From the NCBI GenBank assembly GCA_051530055.1, contig CM121342.1, positions 5,455,489-5,519,488 of the forward strand: a stretch of DNA of 64,000 nucleotides, written 5' to 3'. Within the stretch, counting starts at the first letter, position 1, and each line of letters begins with the position of its first letter. The notes under the pieces were generated by a model. The model searched no databases. It was given only the letters and a program-made list of their open reading frames with translations, and had not been told where the DNA came from. Source of the DNA: Neoechinorhynchus agilis. Taxonomy: Eukaryota; Animalia; Acanthocephala. Below, piece after piece: positions 10,205-21,245 of this stretch. The translations under genes were made by a program, and so were the position numbers.

Positions 10205-12149
10205 TCTAACGATTATCCCTTCAATAAAGTAACTCGAGCCCTTTTTAGTGTCATTTTTTTAGGAATAAATCCCTTTCAGATTGCTAAATCGTACTTTGGA
10301 GTTTCGATTTTTCTACTTTTTAACGTTCATAACTTCACCAAAGTCACTCGAGCACCTTTTAAGTGTCATTTTTTAGGAATAAATCCCTTTCAAATTGCTA
10401 AATCGTACTTTGGAGTTTCGATTTTTCTACTTTTTAACGTTCATAACTTCACCAAAGTCACTCGAGCACCTTTTAAGTGTCATTTTTTTAGGAATAAATC
10501 CCTTTCAGATTGCTAAATCGTACTTTGGAGTTTCGATTTTTCTACTTTTTAACGTTCATAACTTCACCAAAGTCACTCGAGCACCTTTTAAGTGTAATTT
10601 TTTAGGAATAAATCCCTTTCAAATTGCTAAATCGTACTTTGGAGTTTCGATTTTTCTACTTTTTAACGTTCATAACTTCACCAAAGTCACTCGAGCCCTT
10701 TTTAGTGTCTTTTTTCGAGTTAATCCTAGTCAAAATGCTAAATCGTACTTTGGAGTTTCGATTTTTCTACTTTTTAACGTTCATAACTTCAATAAAGTCA
10801 CTCGAGCACCTTTTAAGTGTAATTTTTTAGGAATAAATCCCTTTCAAATTGCTAAATCGTACTTTGGAGTTTCGATTTTTCTACTTTTTAACGTTCATAA
10901 CTTCAATAAAGTCACTCGAGCACCTTTTAAGTGTCTTTTTTTCCGAATAAATCCCTTTCAAATTGCTAAATCGTACTTTGGAGTTTCGATTTTTTGAACA
11001 TTTTCCAATGTTTTGCACATTGAACAAATTTTTTTAACGTTCATTCCTTCACCAAAGTCACTGGAGCACCTTTTAAGTGTCTTTTTTCGAGTTAATCCTA
11101 GTCAAAATGCTAAATCGTACTTGGGACTTTTGAATAAATCCCTTTCAAATTGCCAAATCGTACTTTGGAGTTTCGATTTTTCTACTTTTTAACGTTCATT
11201 CCTTCACCAAAGTCACTCGAGCCCTTTTTAGTGTAATTTTTTAGGAATAAATCCCTTTCAAATTGCTAAATCGTACTTTGGAGTTTCGATTTTTCTACTT
11301 TTTAACGTTCATAACTTTACCAAAGTCACCCGAGCCCTTTTTAGTGTCTTTTTTCGAGTTAATCCTAGTCAAAATGCTAAATCGTACTTTGGAGTTTCGA
11401 TTTTTCTACTTTTTAACGTTCATAACTTCAATAAAGTCACTCGAGCACCTTTTAGTGTAATTTTTTAGGAATAAATCCCTTTCAAATTGCTAAATCGTAC
11501 TTTGGAGTTTCGATTTTTCTACTTTTTAACGTTCATAACTTCACCAAAGTCACTCCTTTTAGTGTCTTTTTTGATAATCCTCAATGCTAAATCGTACTTT
11601 GGAGTTTCGATTTTTCTACTTTTTAACGTTCATAACTTCAATAAAGTCACTCGAGCACCTTTTAAGTGTAATTTTTTAGGAATAAATCCCTTTCAAATTG
11701 CTAAATCGTACTTTGGAGTTTCGATTTTTCTACTTTTTAACGTTCATAACTTCAATAAAGTCACTCGAGCACCTTTTAAGTGTCTTTTTTCCGAATAAAT
11801 CCCTTTCAAATTGCTAAATCGTACTTTGGAGTTTCGATTGAACATTTTCCAATGTTTTGCACATTGAACAAATTTTTTTAACGTTCATTCCTTCACCAAA
11901 GTCACTGGAGCACCTTTTAAGTGTCTTTTTTCGAGTTAATCCTAGTCAAAATGCTAAATCGTACTTGGGACTTTTGAATAAATCCCTTTCAAATTGCCAA
12001 ATCGTACTTTGGAGTTTCGATTTTTCTACTTTTTAACGTTCATTCCTTCACCAAAGTCACTGGAGCACCTTTTAAGTGTCTTTTTTCGAGTTAATCCTAA
12101 TCAAAATGCTAAATCGTACTTGGGACTTTTGAATAGATCCCTTTCAAAT
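10205..12149. repeat. About 114-bp AT-rich satellite array (about 17 units) with several unit variants
   Basis: TGCTAAATCGTACTT recurs every 111-115 bp (10281, 10395, 10510, 10624, 10735, 10849, 10963 ...). Confidence 0.97.
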
Positions 12150-12728
12150 AATGTTTGTTTTAAGGGCAACTTGCATTTCATGGATCTCATTTTGTTTCTT
12201 TAAAAACATGATTTGTATTTTATAAGAGAGGAAGAGACATCACGATAGTTTTTAATGTGTGTCCGATTCCTTCCCAAGTCACCGTAATGGATAATTCGCT
12301 TGAGACTTAGCAGTGCAAAGAACGCAGACTGTCTCCAGTCGCATTTCCAGCACAACAGCGACGGTACCAATTTTTCAGTGTTTTGTTCTTACCAAAAACC
12401 TTCGAATTTAGATAATTAATTTGATAAGACGGATACAGTCTTCTATTCGATTGAAACTTTACACGAAGAGGTTTAAAACGACACTTTAGCTGGAAACGAA
12501 ATTGTGATTTGAGCATAGTTTCGTTATGAAGTTGAATCAAGCTTCTAATAGCCTTCTTTTCCCATAAAATATCGCATTAAGAGTTAAGCTATGATAGATT
12601 AGCTAGGCATTATGCATCGCCGATCCAGACAAACCAGCATCAAAATCATTCTCGACTCTTGGTGGTTATTCTTACACTGAGGATGTGTACATAAATGGTT
12701 TATAGAATTAATCATTACTTCATTGAGA

Positions 12729-13308
12729 GAGTGCCGCTGAGGATTTACGGATTCGGGGACCATAGACAAAACTCCATTAGAAACGGTGCCTCGAGTGCCG
12801 CTGAGGATTTACGGATTCGGGGGCCATAGACAAAAGTCCATTAGAAACGGTGCTTCGAGTGCCGCTGAGGATTTACGGATTCGGGGGCCATAGACAAAAG
12901 TCCATTAGAAACGGTGCTTCGAGTGCCGCTGAGGATTTACGGATTCGGGGGGACCATAGACAAAAGTCCATTAGAAACGGTGCTTCGAGTGCCGCTGAGG
13001 ATTTACGGATTCGGGGACCATAGACAAAACTCCATTAGAAACGGTGCTTCGAGTGCCGCTGAGGATTTACGGATTCGGGGACCATAGACAAAAGTCCATT
13101 AGAAACGGTGCTTCGAGTGCCGCTGAGGATTTACGGATTCGGGGACCATAGACAAAAGTCCATTAGAAACGGTGCTTCGAGTGCCGTTGAGGATTTACGG
13201 ATTCGGGGGGGCCATAGACAAAAGTCCATTAGAAACGGTGCTTCGAGTGCCGCTGAGGATTTACGGATTCGGGGGGGGGCCATATACAAAAGTCCATTAG
13301 AAACGGTG
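12729..13308. repeat. 64-bp minisatellite, 9 units, with a variable G-tract
   Basis: GAGTGCCG(C/T)TGAGG starts at 12729, 12793, 12857, 12921, 12987, 13051, 13115, 13179, 13245. Confidence 0.98.
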
Positions 13309-13366
13309 TGGCAAGAGTAAAAAATAGAGGACAATTTTGGGATTTTTCGGACTAGATATTTCGTAA

Positions 13367-14528
13367 ATGGTCTCATGTCCCCGGAATATCATTGTAAAGC
13401 ATTTTAGAGAACTGAATAAGGCAATGAAGTCAAAGAATGCATCAGTAAAAACAGCGCTCCTGGTTATCGATATGCAGAACGACTTCATAGTCGGATCAAT
13501 GGCACTGAAGGATGAAGCTGGGAATAAAATAGGACATCGAATAATTCCTACGATTAATAAGCTCGTTAATTCCAAATTTTATGATATAATAATGTACACT
13601 CTTGACTGGCATCCTAAAGAACACCTCTCCTTCTATTCTAACCGAATCAAACGACCATTCCGGAGGGTCTCGGTACATTGAGCAAAAAAATGGGATTTTC
13701 TCTGTAATCTATTTTTTTGCAGGACTGGTCGAATGACTGTGAGCTGTACGACGATGTCATTTACGACGGAGTAAAAGGATCTCCGGGTGGAGAGTCCGTT
13801 AGAATGACATTATGGCCGGATCACTGTATCGCAGGGAGTGAAGGTGCCGAAATTCATGCTCAAATAAAAGTACGTCTTGTTGATTCGTTTTCGGACGACA
13901 CTTCTTAAAAATCTTTAGATTAAACAAAAAGGAGTGATGTTGTACAAAGGAACTAGAGTTGACACTGATGGATACTCCGCTTTCACTGGACACACCGACC
14001 GAGGAAAATCCTTGGCACAGTTCCTTATTTCTGCATTTGATAGTGTTTTTTTTAATGGACACTATAAAAAAAGAGAGTTGATAATATTCAAACTGTAATT
14101 GTTCTTTTGACCTTCTACAATGCAAAAATTAAGATTTAAGAGGGTGTTCAAATGACGACTTTTTTTTGAAGATTCTTCAACTAGCCATTGGCTCTATTAA
14201 ATGCAGAACTAAAGAGAACGATATCGATCGAATCGATCTCTGCGGTATTGCACTCGATTACTGTGTCGGTAAGTCTCTAAATTTAAGTATTTGAAAGTAG
14301 ATTTCGGTTAAAAATCGTCCAGTTTATACCGCATTAGATGGGAAGAAGGAGAACTTTGTGGTTCGTATTATTAAGGACGCTTGTCAAGCGATTCGTCCGG
14401 AAAAGACAGTCGCTCTTTACTCCGACATACGAAACCGAGGCATATCCGTTGTTGATTCGTCATCGGTAGGTGTGAGACATTCTCGTTCCCTCGCTCCCTT
14501 CCTCTAGGTCTTAAACGACGACAACTAA
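13367..14528 (+). CDS. Nicotinamidase (isochorismatase-family cysteine hydrolase), about 6 exons
   Basis: Exons give IDMQNDF, LDWHP, LWPDHC, YKG..DGYSAF, GIALDYCVVYTALDG and IIKDACQAI. The Asp/Lys/Cys triad and metal ligands are present. GT-AG introns include about 13673-13722, 14268-14322 and 14466-14507. Stop TAA at 14526-14528. Confidence 0.93.
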
Positions 14529-14529
14529 G

Positions 14530-14724
14530 ATGGCACCAGTGACGACGAAGATGCTGCTTATATTGGCAGTGATTATAAGTCTTGTCCAAGGACGATGCCC
14601 AATGCAGTTCGGTGACGGACTAGCTCTTACAATCGCCATTTGTATTGCAATCATCGCCATTGCTGTTCTGATTGGATTGGTTGCTCGTAGACGCAACATC
14701 GCTGCTACTCACCAACCCGTCTAA
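14530..14724 (+). CDS. SMIM30: Small integral membrane micropeptide, SMIM30-like
   Basis: 64 aa: signal-like N-terminus, then FGDGLALTIAICIAIIAIAVLIGLVARRRN, matching the GD-x-[IL]-AL...G-x-x-AR[KR]RN pattern of human SMIM30 (AGDAIALLLGVVLSITGICACLGVYARKRN, recalled). Confidence 0.75.
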   Translation: MAPVTTKMLLILAVIISLVQGRCPMQFGDGLALTIAICIAIIAIAVLIGLVARRRNIAATHQPV

Positions 14725-15632
14725 ACAGTAAATCTCATCCTTTGAACGGTCCGTAGGGGTTCACCAAACCATTTTCTCACTAATTTTATTAGGTCGCCAC
14801 TCAATAAAACACTCTAATCTTTACTCTCTTTAAAACTTAACAAATTCAATTCTAATAAGAGAATAAAGGCTTTTGAAAGATTGGAGAGAGGTGTTTTTCT
14901 AAGGACACGAGTTCGGAGGAGAAGGTTAGAGCGCAGTTCTCTTGTTAATCCTTATTGGGTTTTTCGTTATGAAAATCAATGGATACACAAATAAAGTCAA
15001 TCAATCAGAAAAACCCGTTTTGGTGAAGTTGTGCCGAGGCGGTCCAAAATGCTCCTGGTCCCAGTTTGTTCGGTTAAAAGGGTAGTTCCGAGTCGCTATG
15101 GCGCTGAAAATCCCCGTGGTAAGGATCCGGATCAAGGGAATCGCACATCAACGGGAGTTTGGGTTCATTTGCGCGCGGCGGAGGAACCATCGATGCCTCT
15201 AAAAACAATAACTCTAAAGTCGTTCGCTTTTCACATGAAAAAAAACACTCTTAATCCCAATTCATCCTCTCTGAAATGAAAAAAGACCCAACCTCATAAA
15301 AATAGCGAAGACCGGACTCGAAATCCACTCCATAATCCCTATCAGAACTCTCGTGCGTTCACAAGGACTCAAACGGGCAAATGGGTCCTATTCTTTTTGG
15401 ATTAACAAATGAAAAGTGTTATTATTAGAGACTATGTAGTTCACTTCTCTAATGTATACTTGGTTTGGATTTATGCCTAAAGATAGACAAATTAAAGTTT
15501 AATGATGATAAAAGAATAATCTTAAAACTTATTGAAACACCGAAAAAAAAGACAACCGGCTAAGCCAGAACAAACGCAACTCACTGGATATTTTTTGTTT
15601 TGACCATCTCAATACCGTTTTTCGAAACTGGT

Positions 15633-15995
15633 TCATTGTGTTCCACAATGACCGCAAGTTTTAGAGCATGCCTTAAGCACAGTGCGATGACTGCAGTGAT
15701 TTTTGAACTTTGCGCAGTTCATTGCCTGGTCCTTGCACGCGCCCTCAGATCCGTGATCCAAGGGAAGAAGATTTCCAAGACCGCTAATCTCATTCTTTAT
15801 TACCTGATCACATCCATTGACACATCCGATTAAATACGAATTGATCAATTCGTTACTAAACCTCACATATTCTTCAGCCGAGCTGCTCTCATCCTCATAG
15901 TTATCCATCTTTTCAAAGATCGAATTGTTTCTTGGATTTGTTTGATAAACGAATTTCGATAGCAATAACAACGCGAGTAAAATGGGGCCGTTCAT
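15633..15995 (-). CDS. Secreted protein with a C-terminal ShKT domain; intronless
   Basis: Hydrophobic signal peptide (ILLALLLLS). C-terminal CKDQAMNCAKFKNHCSHRTVLKACSKTCGHC has six cysteines ending in the ShKT C-x3-C-x2-C spacing. Confidence 0.85.
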   Translation of the reverse strand: MNGPILLALLLLSKFVYQTNPRNNSIFEKMDNYEDESSSAEEYVRFSNELINSYLIGCVNGCDQVIKNEISGLGNLLPLDHGSEGACKDQAMNCAKFKNHCSHRTVLKACSKTCGHCGTQ

Positions 15996-17031
15996 GCCGA
16001 TTCAGACGCGAAAAACGAACTTGTTCGAGATGAAAGTGAGTGTTCCAGTTCTCACATATTTATATTAAATGATTCTATTTGTCACCCAAAGAAAGGGAGT
16101 ATCCTGAATAGAAAGTAAACGTTTCGATCGATAATGGAACCAATATAACCCAACGATTATTACCGATCTTTTGTTCATTACGAGACAGTGCGCAAATAAA
16201 TTGTGCCTATGGAATATAATTGTGTTTTTTTTGGGAAACAACTTGTGGCTGTCAAGTAGAACTCAAACAATGGCTCAAAATTGGTTGTATTTGCTCATCA
16301 TTCGTTTTTTTAATGTAAACGAAGATTATCAATGCTCAAAAGATTTTTAGCAATCTAAGGAAGGCCAATAGGAGTGTGCAAAAATCATGTGAGACATTTT
16401 GGGCAGTTTTTAAACCTTTTATGACTTTCAAAAAACGAGCTACGGAACTATAACTTAAACTGACTGCTTCGCCTACCACTTTTCTTGGCCACTTCATTCC
16501 AGAATTCTACGCCAAAATAAATTATTTACTGCAAGATATGTTGGATTCTATTGAACTATCGTCTATTTTCGAACAAAACATTTTAAAATAGTATTTTTAC
16601 AGACAAAAAAGTGCACTTGAATATAAAAAAACTCATTATACCAACTACATTTTATTATTATTCATACGCCTCATACGAACACACACAAATCAGTTCTTCA
16701 ATTCTTTAGTTTATGAGATCCAGCATGTCAAGGGCCTAAGACAACTGTGAGTTGAAGGACGAGGCCAACCTCATTTTTTATTTGTGGCGAATAAAAAGTG
16801 ACTCATTTACAACATAACTATTTTATATATATTGTAAATTATGCTCATAATTCACATTTTTAAAAGGATCTCGGACAGGGAGAGAACGGAACAATCATCA
16901 GTCTCGTGAAGACTAAACGGTTTCGTGAATTCAACGAGGAAGCTTGTTTGGTTGAACAAACCAATTTGCACATTCGATGAAGGACAACAATGTGATTGTC
17001 CAATCATCATTGTTAGTTCGATAACTTTAGA

Positions 17032-17181
17032 GATGTTTGCATCTGACGTAAAAATTAATAGGATTTATTGGTTCCGATATTTCGGCACAATCTTGTACGC
17101 CTTTTGATCAAGGTTCACAAGATTGTGCCGAAATATCGGAACCAATAAATCCTTTTAATTTTTACGTCAGATGCAAACATC
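17032..17181. repeat. 65-bp inverted repeat with a 20-nt loop (long hairpin)
   Basis: 17032-17096 is the reverse complement of 17117-17181 with one mismatch. Confidence 0.97.
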
Positions 17182-18191
17182 GACCATTGAATCTTTAAAC
17201 AACTTTAGAGCTGTTGGAGGATTCAGAAAACCGATAAAATTTCAATCCAACGAATTAGGAAGTGGTCCAGAGTTCAGTTGTAACGAACAACTCAAAGTGG
17301 ATCTCTAGATGGTTACAGACCCTGAATTTGATTACTGCCGTCTATTATACGAACGTTAAGCGAATGGATCTCCATGCCGATTCGAAAACTTTTTGATATT
17401 GTGAATCTAAGAAATGACCACTAACGATCAGGTAACGCCCTATTTATCCCCTCCTTTTTGAATCTCTACAACTTTTCAAGAAAATAAGACAGCATCGTTA
17501 TGTGCGACTTTCATTGAGCCGGAATTGTGCGATAAGATGAAGGAATGATATTCCCTTTATCTTTTGAAAAATTAAAGCTCCGAACCAACGTGTCTCGTCC
17601 ATTAACTATTGGCCGGTAATTGAAAATGCGACTTCCCCTTTTTGTTGTTTCGGAAAATTCTAAATCATAAAAAATGGGCAACAATCTTGAACACTTTAAA
17701 TAAACACAACGATAACGCTTAGCAAATTAAATGACGAATTCTTGACCATAATGAAAAAGAGACTTTAAATAGAGACACCAAGTTGCAAAAATTCGCATTC
17801 AAAGTATTTCGGGATGTCCATTTGAAAAAGAGATTTTTTATCGAAAATTCAAAATTAAGACGCGTATATGAAATAAAGATTTATTCCAAATTACTTGGGA
17901 GGAAGAGGCACTGAATCGAAATAATTTAGAAGCAGAATGGAACCTACTTTTAAAAAAATTTCCCTGTTTTGAAAAATATTTTTGAAAATAAAATAAGTAA
18001 TTTAGTTCCGCAACATATAAAATTTCGTTCCCTGGAAAATATTACTTAATTTCGTTAATGAGTACAAATGTTTCGTAATTCATACTTTTGTTTTACGGTA
18101 CCGATTCAAGGAGCAGATAATTAGTGTTAATTAAACACGTGATGGCGATTGATTTATCTCACTGACCCCCCCTCAACACAACGGAACATTG

Positions 18192-19118
18192 ATGAGATCG
18201 TCTACAAAACGCAATTCCTATCTTCTTCTTCTAAAAATGAACAGATATCAAAAGTCAGCGAACAACTCCAGCATTGCAGAAAGCAAAGATTGCGACTTCA
18301 TTCGACCACGAAGATTGAACGACAAACGACGTTTTAGCGACCTAGGGGAAAACAAGCGATTTTCGAGAACAATCAACGATGTAGATCTTTTGCGACCAAA
18401 ACCTTCAAATCGCAATCTTCGATTTTGTGATCTAAACGCAAACCTTCCGGATAAGACTCAATTTTCCGGCAAAAGTCGTGTCTATGTGTCCAGTGTAGAT
18501 TCTTTGCGACACTTTCATATTTGGCTCATGCGCGATTTCGATAACAATTGGAAATCAATCAACGAACTCAGGGATTACTTCTCAACCAAAACCAACAGGA
18601 AGATCGTCTTTCAGAAAAATTTACGGCTAAACTCTCTTTACGTAGTCGAATTTCAAAGGGTGATTTACAGAGCATTACTTGAGGATCCATTTGTCAGCCA
18701 AGACAAAGTTCAGGTTTCCCTTGTGGATTTTGGACAACGCGTTCAAGTCAAAGTGACCGATATTTTCTTCTGCCCACGACGATTCGAAAAACTTCCCTAC
18801 ATGGCTTATCCGTGCGCATTGGATCGTGACCAAATTCCTGATCGTTGCGAAGGACGATGTCTCAATTCTGTACTTGATTCAAAATTCTTTGAAGTCCGAA
18901 TGCTTTACGTCGACATTAAATCTTGGATCCACATTGTAGTCGACTTATGGAAAGTTCTTAATGATAGAAACGATAGTCGAGTGCCTATAAGGCATTTACT
19001 TTTATCAGCTTTAAGAGACGATCGACGCATAAAACAGAGAAAAGTCTCCAAAAACCAAAACGAGGATTACGATCGCCCAATATTTGGCCGGAAACGAAAA
19101 TATTTGCGCAAAACCTAA
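18192..19118 (+). CDS. Tudor-domain protein, short paralog (one extended Tudor domain, 308 aa)
   Basis: VSSVDSLRHFHIW, VIYRALL, VQVSLVDFGQRVQV and FEKLPYMAYPCAL motifs. Near-identical to the 5' and 3' parts of 21246-23003. Confidence 0.8.
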   Translation: MRSSTKRNSYLLLLKMNRYQKSANNSSIAESKDCDFIRPRRLNDKRRFSDLGENKRFSRTINDVDLLRPKPSNRNLRFCDLNANLPDKTQFSGKSRVYVSSVDSLRHFHIWLMRDFDNNWKSINELRDYFSTKTNRKIVFQKNLRLNSLYVVEFQRVIYRALLEDPFVSQDKVQVSLVDFGQRVQVKVTDIFFCPRRFEKLPYMAYPCALDRDQIPDRCEGRCLNSVLDSKFFEVRMLYVDIKSWIHIVVDLWKVLNDRNDSRVPIRHLLLSALRDDRRIKQRKVSKNQNEDYDRPIFGRKRKYLRKT

Positions 19119-19851
19119 TAAAAATAATTTGTAAATAAAAGAAGTCTAGAAATGTGAGTGAAAAATATTGATTTTTTAGCAGAAAGCGAAACGAAAATTA
19201 TTTTAGTCATTTTAAATTTACAAATCCTTCGAATAAAAACGAGACGAAAATTACGGATTTTAAAGTGCGATTTTTTTGCACAGCATCGATAAAAATATTT
19301 TTCGCGTACTTTTGATTTAATTCCACTTACATAAATGCGGGCCATTTGAGTCAAGATAAAACATCCCAGAAATGCATTAGACTCTTTAAATGACGGTAGG
19401 TTTTTTCGTTCACCGAAAAAAGTAATTAATCGTCCACGCTCTACTCTTGAATCAAATTTGCATTTAATAAAGATGCGTATATGAAATAAAAATAATTGGC
19501 GAAATAGAAGACTTCGAGTATCTATTTTCTGTTTTTCAGAAAATTCTAAATCTTAAAAGAGAGCTTTCTATCGAAATGCTTCAATGATATAAAAAATTTG
19601 CGCAGAATTAATACCATGTTGGTTTTTTCCTAAAACTCAAAAGTCGCAAATCAATTTATGAGCTCGAGTTAAATTCCCTATTCCATTTCCAATTTAATAA
19701 CGCTTTGCGTTTACTGATTTTTCTTTATAATGCCAAGTTCAAAAAATTCATTTTGAATTCTTGTGCTTACTCTAAAGACCAGAACCTTTTTAATTTTAAA
19801 ATATCCCCTTTTTCGGAGCCCTTTCTATCGAAATGTTTTCGGCTGCTTGGT

Positions 19852-20125
19852 GTGGGGATTTGACCATTAAGATTCAGAAAATCTAGGCGTGGCACCAGTT
19901 GGAGGCAGGCAGCCTGGGGTGGGGCTTGGGGTGGGGATTTGACCATTTGGATTCTGAAAATCTATGGGTGGCACCGGTTGGAGGCAGGCAGCCTGGGATG
20001 GGGCTTGGGGTGGGGATTTGACCATTTGGATTCTGAAAATCTATGGGTGGCACCGGTTGGAGGCAGGCAGCCTGGGATGGGGCTTGGGGTGGGGATTTGA
20101 CCATTAAGATTCAGAAAATCTAGGG
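19852..20125. repeat. 79-bp GC-rich minisatellite (about 3.4 units) with four G-tracts per unit
   Basis: AGCCTGGG recurs at 19911, 19990, 20069. GGGGTGGGGCTTGGGGTGGGG lies at 19916-19936. Confidence 0.95.
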
Positions 20126-21245
20126 TTGGGACCAACAGAAAACATACAACTTGTGGTCTGGGTGGTACCAGTAGGAATCAGAAATTCTGGTGATGGCTCG
20201 AGAAGGGAGCCGAACAAAGGTCGAAAACAATCTCGTTACTTGGATTTGGAAATGGCTGAACGCATTTAAACATAAAAATAGCAATTTTCGCGCATTAGGC
20301 AAAAAATTCTCTGAAAAGCTTATTTATCTGTCAAACGAAGAATATGCCGAAATTCTTGGTGTTTTCGTGAATCACGAGGACTTTGAACTTTTCGTATATT
20401 TGTTTTAATTTAAAAGCTTCATTTCACCAAGAAATCGATTCTTAAGGGCGAAACGTTCAAAATTCACTCGCAAAAACGATGAATTATGAGCTCTGGTAGA
20501 TATTCTTGGATTAACGTTTCAATGTGCCTCATATGGAGTTCGAAAGGGATTTTGTTTCTATATTCCTCAAGTTCTTTGAGACAAAGAATGCATTCGTGAT
20601 GGTGTCACAGTCCAGAAAATGATTTCCTTTATTTTTCGATGATTGAATGAAAAATAATGTTCCTGACGATGTTTTTCAAATTTAGAATGTTATTCGATAG
20701 CTTGGCGTATTTGACACGATCAAAGATTCGTGAATCAATAAAAAAAATGGGAATTTGCGCTTTTTTGACTCTAAAAGTGTCTATTTTGTTCTTATTAATA
20801 ACAAAATGGCATCGAAACCGACAATCACCAATGCTTCCTTAGTGAATTCAAAAAAAAAGGTAATCATTTGAAAAATCGCTATTGACTGTCTACATTCCCT
20901 CCGAAGTCGTAAAGGTCTTGAAAATGAAGAAGATGTTAATGAGTCATCTAGGATTTCTCATGGAATTTCATTTTGCAAAAAAAGCAGAATGTAATTTCAG
21001 TTCAACACCGAATTTATAAAACGACCCAAAGCTTCTCTAAAACGAGTTCATATCAAATTACTGAATGCTCAATTAACACCGCAACATATAAAATTTCGTT
21101 CCCTGGAAAATATTACTTAATTTCGTTACTTAATTCATACTTTTGTTTTACGGTACCGATTCAAGGAGCAGATAATTAGTGTTAATTAAACACGTGATGG
21201 CGATTGATTTATCTCACTGACCCCCCTCAACACAACGGAACATTG

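Noticed and set aside
12729-13308. Hammerhead reading of the 64-bp unit (CUGAGGA and GAAAC both present)
   Set aside because: No stem II, and the only G-U-N triplets after GAAAC are GUG, which is not cleavable.
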